A stretch of DNA of 64,000 nt from the IMG/VR virus record IMGVR_UViG_2615840601_000001; one strand, written 5' to 3'. Position 1 is the stretch's first letter. The number at the start of each line of letters is the position of its first letter. The notes under the pieces were generated by a model. It was not told where the DNA came from. It searched no databases and was given only the letters and a program-made list of their open reading frames with translations. Positions 47,835 through 57,673 of the stretch are shown here, one piece after another. The position numbers were made by a program, and so were the translations under genes. The DNA comes from a virus (taxonomy: Duplodnaviria > Caudoviricetes).

Positions 47835-48092
47835 TCAGGCTTCTCGTTGTCGCCTAGCAATCTTAGCCAATATCCCTAGAACAACAGAGCCAAGCACCAT
47901 ATAGAAACCCCTTGTGACCATTTCGCCCGTTGTTGCGCCATATCGGTGGTCATAGAACGCTTGGATTTGCGCTAAGGCCTGCGGGTCATCAATCGGCAGT
48001 TTAGAGCCAAGCCAAAAACCCATGCCCAAAGAAAGCATTCCAATCACAAACCCTATCCAAGCGAGCACTGAACCAATACGAGCAAAAAACAT
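47835..48092 (-). CDS. Two-TM membrane protein (AT-rich moron)
   Basis: Two hydrophobic segments, antisense, AT-rich flanks. Confidence 0.65.
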   Translation of the reverse strand: MFFARIGSVLAWIGFVIGMLSLGMGFWLGSKLPIDDPQALAQIQAFYDHRYGATTGEMVTRGFYMVLGSVVLGILAKIARRQREA

Positions 48093-48345
48093 AATCTTCT
48101 CAATTATTGTAATAACGTGATGTCTACAGTAACATATCAAAAAGAGAGTGCGAATACTACATTACAACCAAAACAATAATCAACTTCCACTTTTTGCAAA
48201 AGTCATGACTTTTGCAATGGTACTCAGAGCAGAGAATAATAAGCTTAACATGGTCCCACAAGCGGGCATTGGCGTAGCTGCAACGAAAGCCCGCTTCGTC
48301 CGCAGAGTGTGAATTCGAGACGATCCTACCAAATAGCTTTCCCCA

Positions 48346-48360
48346 GGAACACTTCCGGCG
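48346..48360 (+). promoter_or_regulatory. Late-promoter activator site (lysis), prophage 2
   Basis: GGAACACTTCCGGCG, matches 61748-61762 at 14 of 15 positions. Confidence 0.7.
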
Positions 48361-48423
48361 CTTCCCGTAATTTAAAAGCAGACAGTTGTCTCAAAATTCG
48401 TCCCGAATTTCACGAGGCCAGTC

Positions 48424-49638
48424 ATGTCTGTTGTAGCCCAGTTGCGTCGAGGCGGTGGCGAAGTCACCGATATCTCAGCCACCATTGAAGCCTTTGCCAG
48501 TCGTATCGGCTGTGAAGTCACCGTCCTTCGTGCCATTCTGGAGGTGGAAAGCGGTGGTGATGATTATGATGATCAGGGTCGCCTGATCATTCTCCCCGAA
48601 AAGCATGTCTTTAATCGCCAATTGCCAAAGAGCTTGCGCAAGAAGGCTTTGAGCTTGCACCTGTCTACAAGCAAATGGTCTCGTGCAAATTACAAAGGCC
48701 TTGGCGGCAAGGGATCCGATCAACGCTGGAACCTGATGGAAAGGTGGGTTCGGCTTGATGAGGAAGCCGCGCTCAAGTCAGCCTCCTATGCATCGTTTCA
48801 GGGAATGGGGTTTAATCACCGTCTTTGCGGCTATGCCACTGTTTCCGAGTATGTGCTGTCGCTGGCTCAATCCAGTACCCATTGCGTTGAAGCCTTCCTG
48901 TCCTTTCTTGAGTATTCCGGCCTTGCCGACGCGTTGCGCGAGAAGGATTGGGAGGGGATTGCCCGCCGTTACAATGGCTCTGGTCAGGTGGCCCATTATG
49001 CCAGCCTGATGCGCAAGGCCTATGCTCGCCTTGGTGGATCAGAAGATGGCAGGAAGAGCAAACCATCTTCGCGCTTTGCCATGCTCCGCCTCGGGTCATC
49101 GGGCTATATGGTCAAGGCCCTGCAGGAGCGTCTCTGTGACCTCGGTTATCACGTCAAGGTGGATAGCGATTTCGGTCCGGCTACTCGCCGTGCTGTTGTC
49201 GCGTTCCAGGTCGATCATGGCCTGAAGACAGACGGCCTGGTCGGCCCCAAGACACAGGCCGCTCTTGACGTCGCCGTACCGATCAACCAGCAACTCGGCA
49301 ATGGCCGGAATGGTCTGACGGTCAAATACCTTCGCAAATCCGGCTCTGACACCGTTAGAAAGGCCGATTGGCTAACGCGGCTTGGTGGTGCTGTTCTGGG
49401 CACAGGCACGCTTGCCGGTGGCCTCGATGGCGCTGATCCTGGCGGCCTGCTTGATGGTCTGGGGCAAATGACTGCGACCTTGCAGTCCCTCCGGGCACAG
49501 CTTTCGCCGATCTTTTCTTTGATCGCGGACAACAAGTGGATGGCCTTTGGCCTCATTGGTCTCGCCATCCTCTTTATCGCTCATCAGATCAAACAGCGCC
49601 GTCTGATGGACGCTCAGAACTGGAGGCATGTGGGATGA
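48424..49638 (+). CDS. Endolysin: DUF3380-type N-acetylmuramidase plus PG-binding domain and hydrophobic C-terminus
   Basis: AILEVESGG, ILPEKHVF, SASYASFQGMGFN, ARRYNG, LRLGS.G..VKALQ, DGLVGPKT. Confidence 0.9.
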   Translation: MSVVAQLRRGGGEVTDISATIEAFASRIGCEVTVLRAILEVESGGDDYDDQGRLIILPEKHVFNRQLPKSLRKKALSLHLSTSKWSRANYKGLGGKGSDQRWNLMERWVRLDEEAALKSASYASFQGMGFNHRLCGYATVSEYVLSLAQSSTHCVEAFLSFLEYSGLADALREKDWEGIARRYNGSGQVAHYASLMRKAYARLGGSEDGRKSKPSSRFAMLRLGSSGYMVKALQERLCDLGYHVKVDSDFGPATRRAVVAFQVDHGLKTDGLVGPKTQAALDVAVPINQQLGNGRNGLTVKYLRKSGSDTVRKADWLTRLGGAVLGTGTLAGGLDGADPGGLLDGLGQMTATLQSLRAQLSPIFSLIADNKWMAFGLIGLAILFIAHQIKQRRLMDAQNWRHVG

Positions 49639-50060
49639 TTGGATGGATCGTCAAACTTGGCACCAAGCTGCTTTCTCTTCTCGGCATCGATCTTGTTGAC
49701 CGGGTGTTGTCCTTTTTTGAGCGTCAGGCCGATAGCTTGACCGAACGCACCAAGATCGGCGCAAAGGTTACAATCGAAGAAATCAGGGCGGATGTCGCAA
49801 CCCGCAATGCCGCGCGCGATATCGTCATTGCGGAACAGGGCTGGTGGTTGACGGCCATGATCCGTCCGCTCTTTGCCTATCCCACCATTGCCTACTATGG
49901 CGCGGTGATTGCCGACAGCCTGTTTCACTTCAAATGGGACGTGGCGAAGTTGCCCGATCCGATAGGGGATTGGGCCGGTTGGATCGTTGGCGCTTATTTC
50001 CTCACCCGACCAATTGAGAAGGGTATCCGCTCCTATCTCTTTAACAAAGGAAAGTCCTGA
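49635..50060 (+). CDS. Membrane lysis protein (holin-like)
   Basis: IRPLFAY, several hydrophobic segments, IVGAYF.TR..EK. Confidence 0.65.
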   Translation: MIGWIVKLGTKLLSLLGIDLVDRVLSFFERQADSLTERTKIGAKVTIEEIRADVATRNAARDIVIAEQGWWLTAMIRPLFAYPTIAYYGAVIADSLFHFKWDVAKLPDPIGDWAGWIVGAYFLTRPIEKGIRSYLFNKGKS

Positions 50061-50266
50061 TGTCCGAGGAAATCCATGCGCAGCTGGGAGAGATCAAGGG
50101 GCTTCTGAAAGGGATCGACGGCAAAGTCAATGGCCTTGATCACCGCCTCGAAAAGCAGGATGAGCGCCTTCGCCTGGTCGAGAGGCGCTCCATCACCAAT
50201 TCGGTCATCACCTCCGGCGTGATCTCGATCGGTCTGGCCTTCATCAAAGACAAGATCGGGATGTGA
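50060..50266 (+). CDS. Small coiled-coil membrane protein
   Basis: LGEIKG...DERLRLVERR plus C-terminal TM. Confidence 0.6.
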   Translation: MSEEIHAQLGEIKGLLKGIDGKVNGLDHRLEKQDERLRLVERRSITNSVITSGVISIGLAFIKDKIGM

Positions 50267-50275
50267 TATCCGGCC

Positions 50276-50776
50276 ATGGCGCATAAAGACGAAAAAAGGA
50301 CCGATGCCCGCAGGGCCTATATCCGGGAGCAACAAGCCATCCCGGTCATTGCCTTGTCTATTGGCGTCTCTGAGGCCACCGTGCGCCGCTGGAAGCGGGA
50401 CGCCAAACAGAGCGGCGATAACTGGGATGTGGCGCGGGCCGCGCACATGATGGCGGGAGAAGGTCTGGAGACAGTTGTCTCCGGAGTTGTCGAACAGTTC
50501 GTCACCCTGTTCAAGGCCACCATAGAGCAATTGCAGGATGACGGCGACCTGTCGCCCGAAGAGCGGGTCAAGGCCATGGCCAGTCTTTCCGATGCCTTCA
50601 ACAAGATGGTTGCCAGCGCCGGTCGTGTCGCGCCGAAGATTTCTGAGCTGGGTGTCGCCAATGATGTCTTGCAGCGACAGGCCGAGTTCATCCGCGAGTT
50701 CTATCCCCAGCATGCCGCAGCCTTTCTGGAGATCCTTGAACCCTTCGGGGAGCGACTAGTGGAGGTCTATGGATGA
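50276..50776 (+). CDS. DUF1804-like terminase small subunit
   Basis: GVSEATVRRWKR...GDNWD.ARAA, LASLSDAF-type helix, FLEILEPFG. Confidence 0.82.
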   Translation: MAHKDEKRTDARRAYIREQQAIPVIALSIGVSEATVRRWKRDAKQSGDNWDVARAAHMMAGEGLETVVSGVVEQFVTLFKATIEQLQDDGDLSPEERVKAMASLSDAFNKMVASAGRVAPKISELGVANDVLQRQAEFIREFYPQHAAAFLEILEPFGERLVEVYG

Positions 50777-52419
50777 GCACGCCAAAGGTGCAAAAGCAGC
50801 TCAAATCAAGGGAGTTCCTCGACGGCCTCTCCGAGATGGCGGAAGCCTTCCGCCTGAAGATCGAGCTGGAAGTTGAAGCCTTCCCGATTGACCCCAAGCT
50901 GCGGGCCGAGCGGCTCAAAAAGGTGCAGGATCCGGAGACCGGTTATCGCTTCTTTGCCGAGACCTATTTCCCGCATTATCTGACCTCGGCCCCGTCGCTG
51001 CTGCATGAGCATCTCTATGACAATTTGCCCATGCTGGTCGCCACCAGGGAAGGGCAGAAGAAACTGGTCATCGCGCCACGCGGCTCGGCCAAATCCACCC
51101 ATATCAGCCTGATCTTCCCGCTCTGGTGCATTGTGCGAGGCCTCAAGCATTATATCGTCCTGATCATGGATGCGTTTGAGCAGGCCGCTGTCATGCTCGA
51201 AGCCCTGAAAGCCGAGCTTGAGGTCAATCCTCGCCTCAAATATGACTTCCCCGATGTCTTCGGGCAGGGCCGTGTCTGGCGTGAGGGCGATATCATCACC
51301 CGCAACAATGTGAAGGTGGAGGGCTTCGGCACCGGCAAGAAGATCCGAGGCCGCCGCCATGGCCCGTATCGCCCGGATCTGGCCATCCTAGATGATATCG
51401 AGAATGACGAGAATGTCGCCAGCCCCAAACAGCGCGACAAACTGGAAAGCTGGATCGCCAAGGCTGTCCTCAAGCTTGGCCCGACCGATGGCTCCATGGA
51501 TGTGCTCTATGCGGGCACCGTGTTGCATTTTGATGCGGTGATTGTTCGTTATGCCAAGAAGCCGGGCTGGGGCGTCACCGAGTTCCGCGCCGTCCTTGAA
51601 TGGCCTAACGATATGGCGCGGTGGGACGAGTGGGAAGAGATCTATCTCAATGAGGGGGAACCGGAGGCCGACGCCTTCTATTCGGCCAATAAGGCCGCGA
51701 TGGACAAGGGTGCAGAGCTCAACTGGCCTGCCAATCATACGCTGATCTATCTGATGAAAGAGCGGGCCGGTGATCATGCCGCCTTTGAATCCGAGTATCA
51801 GAACAAGCCGCTTGCGCTCGACAATCCCTTTCAGAGCATCACCTGGTGGGTGCGGGTCAATCGGGACTGGCTGTTCTTCGGCGCTGTTGATCCGTCCCTT
51901 GGTAAGAACAATCGCAATCGCGACCCGTCTGCCATCCTTGTTGGAGCCTATGACAAAGAGAGCACCATTCTCGATATTGTCGAAGCCTCCATTCGCCGAC
52001 GCGTGCCCGATCTCATCATTGATGACATTATTGCCATGCAACGGGAATACCACTGCCAGATGTGGTTTGCCGAGGTGGTCCAGTTCCAGGAGTTCCTGCG
52101 CACCGAACTGATGAAGCGGGCGGCAAAAGCCGGTCTTGCCCTGCCTGCCTATCCGGTCACGCCGATCATTGACAAGAACTTGCGCATCGAGCGGCTGCAG
52201 ATCCCGATCTCGGACGGCACCATCCGCCTTCACAAGAGCCAGCAGACCCTCATTGATCAGCTCCAGCAATGGCCCATGGCCGACCATGATGACGGGCCGG
52301 ACTGCCTTGAGATGCTCTGGAAGCATGCCATCGAAATGGCCGCTACCACCCTGACCGCCACCTCTATCACCACCGCTGCCCCAATCAGTCAGGGCGCGTT
52401 AGGAGGCTATCGATTATGA
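50773..52419 (+). CDS. Terminase large subunit
   Basis: APRGSAKST, RPDLAILDDIEND, GTVLH, AVDPSLG, HDDGPDC. Confidence 0.93.
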   Translation: MSTPKVQKQLKSREFLDGLSEMAEAFRLKIELEVEAFPIDPKLRAERLKKVQDPETGYRFFAETYFPHYLTSAPSLLHEHLYDNLPMLVATREGQKKLVIAPRGSAKSTHISLIFPLWCIVRGLKHYIVLIMDAFEQAAVMLEALKAELEVNPRLKYDFPDVFGQGRVWREGDIITRNNVKVEGFGTGKKIRGRRHGPYRPDLAILDDIENDENVASPKQRDKLESWIAKAVLKLGPTDGSMDVLYAGTVLHFDAVIVRYAKKPGWGVTEFRAVLEWPNDMARWDEWEEIYLNEGEPEADAFYSANKAAMDKGAELNWPANHTLIYLMKERAGDHAAFESEYQNKPLALDNPFQSITWWVRVNRDWLFFGAVDPSLGKNNRNRDPSAILVGAYDKESTILDIVEASIRRRVPDLIIDDIIAMQREYHCQMWFAEVVQFQEFLRTELMKRAAKAGLALPAYPVTPIIDKNLRIERLQIPISDGTIRLHKSQQTLIDQLQQWPMADHDDGPDCLEMLWKHAIEMAATTLTATSITTAAPISQGALGGYRL

Positions 52420-54035
52420 GCCGCAAATCCCGCCGAAACCGTGCTCGCCGCCGTGCCGTCCAGCAAGTGGCGCAACAGACTTCACAACAGGCCACACAGG
52501 CAAAGTTGCCCAAACAGGGTGGCCAGCTGATCGCCACGGCGCAGAATGACATCACCGTCCCCTTTTATTCGGACATCCTTGTGCCGCAGGATACGACCAT
52601 CAAGGAAAAGGGGCCACACAAGGGCCTCAAGCTCTATGACGAGGTCATGAAGGATGGTCGGGCCAAGGCCACACTTAGTAAGCGCTACAGCAAGATCACC
52701 CGGCGCGAATGGATGGTGGAGGCGGCAAGCGAGGATACAAAGGATATCGAGGCCAGGGACGGCATGGAGGAGATCCTCAATGCCCTGCCGTTTGACGCCA
52801 TTTGCAAGGAACTCTCCAAAGCCATTCTTAAGGGCTTTGCCATCTCGGAAATCGTCTGGGGCCGCAATGTGGACGGGCATGTGGTGCCGGAGAGGATCAA
52901 GACCCACGACCCAAGCCGCTTTGTCTTTGACAAGGACTGGAACCCGCGTCTTCTGGTGCCAGAGAATTCCATCGACGGGATCAAGCTGCCCGTTCGCAAG
53001 TTCATTGTCCATCGGTTCGATGCCGAAGGAAACAATCCTTACGGCATGGGGCTCGGCTCCGTCCTTTTCTGGCATGTGCTGTTCAAGCGCGAGGGCGTTT
53101 CCTTCTGGATGAAGTTCCTCGACAAGTTTGCCGCTCCCATTCCGTTCGGCAAATATGCGGTCGGCACCCCCAAGAAAGAACAGGACCAGTTGCTCAACTC
53201 ACTGATGGCGATGGTTCAGCAGGGCGCGCTTGTTGCCCCCATTGGCACAGAGGTCAGCTTTCTGGAAGCAGCCCGCTCAGGCAATGCCTCCTATGAGGAA
53301 TGGTGCCGGTTCTGGGATGAGCAGACCTCCGAGGTGGTTCTGGGCAGCACCCTGTCGACCAGCCTCAAGGGGCAAGGGTCTCGCGCTGCGTCTCAAACCC
53401 ATGCAGAAGAAACCGACAGCATTATCGATGATGATTGCGACCAGCTTTCCGATACGCTCAACCCGACCCTCATCAAATGGATCTCAGAGCAGAACTGGCC
53501 CGATGCCAACCCGCCGACCGTGTGGCGTCCGCGCCCTCGCAACGAAAGTGAAGAGGAAGACCAGAAGGCAAAACGGGCCACTCGACAGCAGTCAGAAATC
53601 CGCTCTCTTGATGCTGCCCGCAAACAGGGCTTTGAACCCAAGGATGTCCAGGACTGGCTCTCCTCTGTCTTCGACGTTGAAATGGTGCCGGTCGAGCTGA
53701 CCACACCTCAACCGGCAGAGCCAGAGGACAACGCGACATTTGCTGATGATGACAGCCCGATTGCTCATCTGATTGATCAGTTGGAAGAGCTGGCGGGACC
53801 GCAGCAACAAGCATGGCTCGATCATATCCAGGAACGCCTGTCGAAAGTGTCCAGCTTCTCGGAGGCCTCTCAGGCCTTGCTGGAGCTGTCTGGCGAACTG
53901 GAGATCGATCCAATGGGCCGGGTGATGGGCAACGCCATCGCCCTTTCTGAGATCACGGGCCGATCCGATGTCTTTGACGAGACGGGCATCTATCCTTCCG
54001 GGGCGCGTGGCTCAAAAAAAAAGACCAAAATCTAG
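52416..54035 (+). CDS. Portal protein (DUF935 / Mu gp29-like)
   Basis: NPYGMGLG, W.KFLDKF..P...GKY, SEVVLGSTL. Confidence 0.9.
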   Translation: MSRKSRRNRARRRAVQQVAQQTSQQATQAKLPKQGGQLIATAQNDITVPFYSDILVPQDTTIKEKGPHKGLKLYDEVMKDGRAKATLSKRYSKITRREWMVEAASEDTKDIEARDGMEEILNALPFDAICKELSKAILKGFAISEIVWGRNVDGHVVPERIKTHDPSRFVFDKDWNPRLLVPENSIDGIKLPVRKFIVHRFDAEGNNPYGMGLGSVLFWHVLFKREGVSFWMKFLDKFAAPIPFGKYAVGTPKKEQDQLLNSLMAMVQQGALVAPIGTEVSFLEAARSGNASYEEWCRFWDEQTSEVVLGSTLSTSLKGQGSRAASQTHAEETDSIIDDDCDQLSDTLNPTLIKWISEQNWPDANPPTVWRPRPRNESEEEDQKAKRATRQQSEIRSLDAARKQGFEPKDVQDWLSSVFDVEMVPVELTTPQPAEPEDNATFADDDSPIAHLIDQLEELAGPQQQAWLDHIQERLSKVSSFSEASQALLELSGELEIDPMGRVMGNAIALSEITGRSDVFDETGIYPSGARGSKKKTKI

Positions 54036-55303
54036 CTGCCTTTGCCGACATAGGGCCGTTTGAAGAGGCTCTGGACTTCCATCGCCAGAAGGTGCGTCTT
54101 CCGACCCGCGCCTGGTCCGATTTGCTCCATCATGGTCATGACCGGGCCTTTGTCGTGGCCGGGGCACAGAAGGATGCCATGCTGGAAGACTTCCAGATGG
54201 CCATTGATGACGCCATCGCAAAGGGCATGCCGCTCAAGGGATGGCTCGACAAGGATGATACCTATCATCCCGGCTTTCTTGATCGCTTTGACGAGATCGT
54301 CAAAAAGCACGGCTGGGATTACAAGGGCGGACGCAACTGGCGTGCCCGCGTCATCTATGAGACCAATCTCAAAACCGCCTATGCTGCCGGTCGCTACAAG
54401 CAGATGACCGATCCGGCCACGCTTAAGGCCTTTCCTTACTGGCAGTATAAGCATGCCTGGGAACGCATTCCGCTTCATCCGCGCGAAGAGCATGAAGCGT
54501 GGGATGGGCTGATCCTTCCGGCTGATGATCCATGGTGGCAGACCTATTACCCGCCCAATGGCTGGAAATGCGGCTGTGGCGTGCGGCCAGTCAGTCGGGC
54601 AAAGCTCAAACGCGTTGGTAAGGAAGGCCCCGATACCGCCCCTTCCATCCAGTACCAACAGAAACTGGATCCCGGCACAGGTGACCCAATCGACTATCCC
54701 GCTGGCGTCGATATGGGATGGGCCTATGCCCCAGGCCGGACATGGGCAGATGGACTGGTGCCAAGGGAACTGCAAAGATCAGCAGGCAGGCAAATGGAAT
54801 TGCCGGAAATGAACAATCTGCCCGCCCTATCAGGTGGTTCCAAGCCTGTGATGGCTCCACTTCTTCCTACTGGTCAAACACACGAATATTATGTGTCACA
54901 GTTCCTAGAGGCTTTTGATGCTGATCTTGATGAAGAAAAGAGCTTTCGGGACAAGGCGGGCAATATTGTTATTCTCAGCAGGAAACTATTCCAAAGGGCG
55001 GACGGTTCCAGCAAACTGAACAGCACCCGTGCTCCCGCCCTTAAGCAGCTCGCCGAAGCCATCATGGATCCAGATGAAATCTGGGTTGACTGGGAATGGC
55101 ATGATGTGAGGAAGGAATGGATACTGAAGCGCCGTTATCTGCGCTCAGCTCCCAATCTTGCCGGGTTGCTTGTGTTCGAATGGTCCCAGCATGGCTGGTC
55201 AGCGACCACAGCCTACAATGCAGCACGTGGTCGCAAGCTCAAACCAAACCACAATCAAATCAACAGCTGGCGACGGGGCCATTTGTTATGGCAGCGCAAA
55301 TAA
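54017..55303 (+). CDS. MuF protein with PBECR2-like C-terminal domain; probably entered by -1 frameshift from portal (first in-frame start GTG 54092)
   Basis: AFVVAGA, RARVIYETN, DDPWWQTYYPPNGWKCGC; C-terminal AIMDPDEIW...RRY...TTAY...RRGHLLW. Confidence 0.85.
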   Translation, partial: KKDQNLAAFADIGPFEEALDFHRQKVRLPTRAWSDLLHHGHDRAFVVAGAQKDAMLEDFQMAIDDAIAKGMPLKGWLDKDDTYHPGFLDRFDEIVKKHGWDYKGGRNWRARVIYETNLKTAYAAGRYKQMTDPATLKAFPYWQYKHAWERIPLHPREEHEAWDGLILPADDPWWQTYYPPNGWKCGCGVRPVSRAKLKRVGKEGPDTAPSIQYQQKLDPGTGDPIDYPAGVDMGWAYAPGRTWADGLVPRELQRSAGRQMELPEMNNLPALSGGSKPVMAPLLPTGQTHEYYVSQFLEAFDADLDEEKSFRDKAGNIVILSRKLFQRADGSSKLNSTRAPALKQLAEAIMDPDEIWVDWEWHDVRKEWILKRRYLRSAPNLAGLLVFEWSQHGWSATTAYNAARGRKLKPNHNQINSWRRGHLLWQRK

Positions 55304-55372
55304 AAATGGCAGCCGGTGCGAACTGCCATTTGCGCAATCGAGTGGAGACACGCACCTGTCCCCGATTGCATC
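55300..55372 (-). ncRNA. Putative kissing-loop small RNA convergent on MuF
   Basis: Two hairpins with complementary loops (GGTGCG/CGCACC); extended -10 TGCTATATT upstream on minus strand; U-tract after second hairpin. Confidence 0.6.
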
Positions 55373-55406
55373 AATGTAAATATAGCACCCCTGGAGGGCT
55401 TTTTAA

Positions 55407-55910
55407 ATGCCATTCCTCAGTTTCAGATATGACTATGCCTCCGCAGATCAGGAGATCCGCCGTCTGATCGACAAGATCGAAGACAAGGCCGCTATTCATC
55501 GTGTCATCGGCATGGCGCTCTATGATCAGACCATGGACCGGTTCGAGCGTGAAGAGAGCCCGGATGGCAACAAATGGGCACCGCTCGCCCCACTTACCCT
55601 CTCTAACCGCCGCCAGCCCAGGGGCATCTTGCGCGACAGCGGTGAGTTGATGCGCTCCATCCATTTTGAAGCCTCATCCTCCCGCACGGAGGTCGGCACC
55701 AATCTCAACCATCCAAAGGTCTGGGTCATGCAGCGCGGCGCAACGATCAAGCCGCGCCGGTTCAACTCCCTGCGCATCCCTGTCTCACGCGGGGCTGAAG
55801 GCTATGTCTTCAGCAAGGGCGTGAAGATCCCCGCACGGCCTTATATCGGTATCGGACGGCAGGATGAAGAGGTGATCCGGGAGGAGCTGGAGGGGTATTT
55901 TGGGGACTGA
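55407..55910 (+). CDS. Mu gpG-like virion morphogenesis protein
   Basis: RFEREESPDGNKWAPL, ILRDSGELMRSI, IPARPYIG. Confidence 0.9.
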   Translation: MPFLSFRYDYASADQEIRRLIDKIEDKAAIHRVIGMALYDQTMDRFEREESPDGNKWAPLAPLTLSNRRQPRGILRDSGELMRSIHFEASSSRTEVGTNLNHPKVWVMQRGATIKPRRFNSLRIPVSRGAEGYVFSKGVKIPARPYIGIGRQDEEVIREELEGYFGD

Positions 55911-56054
55911 TGATATGGTCGGAACGGCCCAGAGCCGCCGTTCGCCAAGACCCTCTCACCAAAAGCCAGCGTCCCCAAAGCAGGCATACGTGGCTGTGCT
56001 CCGGTTCAGGCTTCTTCGAAAAGCCAGCAAGCAAGTCGAGGCGTTTCAATGTTC

Positions 56055-56573
56055 TTAATAAGGCAGTTTTAAAACGAAATGAAAGAGATTCCAAAACTTG
56101 CTTTCACCCGAATAGACCCGTCCTTCGAACCATTCAGCCGCTTTATAAACGGCATTGAAGCCCGCTCGTTCGTAGATGATATTGGCTTCATCAAAGCTGA
56201 TGCATTTTGCTATTGGACTCGCTGCCCAATCATCATCTAGGCCCAATAGGGTCACGTAAATGGTGCCGTTATCATTCAATAGGGATTTTAAGCGACCGAG
56301 GAACTCCTCGAGGGAATAGGTGATATGGTGAGAAACGAGAGATGCAACGATAAGATCGTAGCGCTGAGTTGTGGTAAAATCTTCAAATCTGCTTTGAATG
56401 AAATTGATCTCTTTGTCTGAAGCCAATTCTTCAAAAACCACAGGATCAATTGCATCAACGTTATGGCCCTTATTTGCGAAATACCTCGCCATCCCTCCCT
56501 CTCTTGCACCAACATCTAGCACTCTACCTGGTTTAGGTAATTCAATTCTCTCTATAATATCGGCGCGTATCAT
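56055..56573 (-). CDS. Class I SAM-dependent methyltransferase (cargo)
   Basis: RVLDVGAREG, VDAID, YDLIV, LLNDNG.I. Confidence 0.85.
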   Translation of the reverse strand: MIRADIIERIELPKPGRVLDVGAREGGMARYFANKGHNVDAIDPVVFEELASDKEINFIQSRFEDFTTTQRYDLIVASLVSHHITYSLEEFLGRLKSLLNDNGTIYVTLLGLDDDWAASPIAKCISFDEANIIYERAGFNAVYKAAEWFEGRVYSGESKFWNLFHFVLKLPY

Positions 56574-56950
56574 ACAGGCATCTTTCTCGACTGTTTGTTA
56601 TTTGCAAGGCTGTCTCTTGCGGTGTCTTGAAGAAACCATAGCCTGTACGAGGAAAACGTCTCGAGCCAGCGTTTAGTTTTGCTAACTCACAGCTGCAAAC
56701 GGTCCTGCCACTTTTAGTGTCCAATTTGGGCTCGAACCGGACTGGTGCAGTGCATCATCATGCGACAACGCTCATCCAGGTTGGTGATTTGCAATCGCGG
56801 CCCCTTAAGAGACACTCAGCGATAAGCTGTCATACTGCGGCGCTCCCCTCCCATCCGGTCATTTGCCGCAGATGTGCAATCTCAGGGGAGATGCATATTC
56901 ACGATGCGGACTTTATGGAACTACAGCGCGGTCTGTGGCAAGATCTTGCA

Positions 56951-57673
56951 ATGATAGAATTCCGCTCCCTTTCCGATGACCATCCCGACCTCGCGCATTC
57001 CCCGCTGCTGCACGGTGCGCTCCTTACACTGCAATATGCGCAGAAGCACGGATCAATCGCTCTGACCAAATCTAAGGCCTTCAAGCGCATTTTCGTCCAT
57101 TGGGCCGTCGAGAATTTCAATTGGCCAGGCAAAAGCGCAGAAGAGATGTTCCGCTATAACAAGGTAATCAATGAATATGAGTTTCCTCCGCTCGAGATTA
57201 TCCATTTCCTGCTCATCTCCCTGCGCCTGGGACGTCACTTCAAGGGTGAGTTTCGACTGACCAAGCGGGGCATAAAACTGGCGCAATCTCCTGGCCATCT
57301 GTTTGCCGAGTTGATCCCATACTTTGTGCTTCAGATGGATCACTCTTCTTATGCACGCTTTGAAAACCGTCCCTTCGGGAAGTGGGAGGTCTGGATGAAT
57401 GTGATTAACGTCGAAGCCGATCAAGGCACGACCGAGGCTGCCTTGTTCGAAATCTTCTACGGTGAGCCGCAAGATTGGCACACTGCAGGGTGGAGAGAGA
57501 TGGCTGTGTTTTCAGCCTGTGTACTTCGTCCGCTCGAATGGGCTGGGTTGCTGGTGGAGACACGTGAAGAAGGAGGCAGCAAGCCTGTATGTCATGTGTT
57601 CAAAACCCCACTCTGGCGCAGCGCGATCAACCTTGATACCGACAACATGCTGCGGCCAATATCCGTTCAATGA
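56951..57673 (+). CDS. Hypothetical cargo protein
   Basis: 240-codon ORF from MIEFRSLSDDHPDL; no motif recognised. Confidence 0.65.
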   Translation: MIEFRSLSDDHPDLAHSPLLHGALLTLQYAQKHGSIALTKSKAFKRIFVHWAVENFNWPGKSAEEMFRYNKVINEYEFPPLEIIHFLLISLRLGRHFKGEFRLTKRGIKLAQSPGHLFAELIPYFVLQMDHSSYARFENRPFGKWEVWMNVINVEADQGTTEAALFEIFYGEPQDWHTAGWREMAVFSACVLRPLEWAGLLVETREEGGSKPVCHVFKTPLWRSAINLDTDNMLRPISVQ

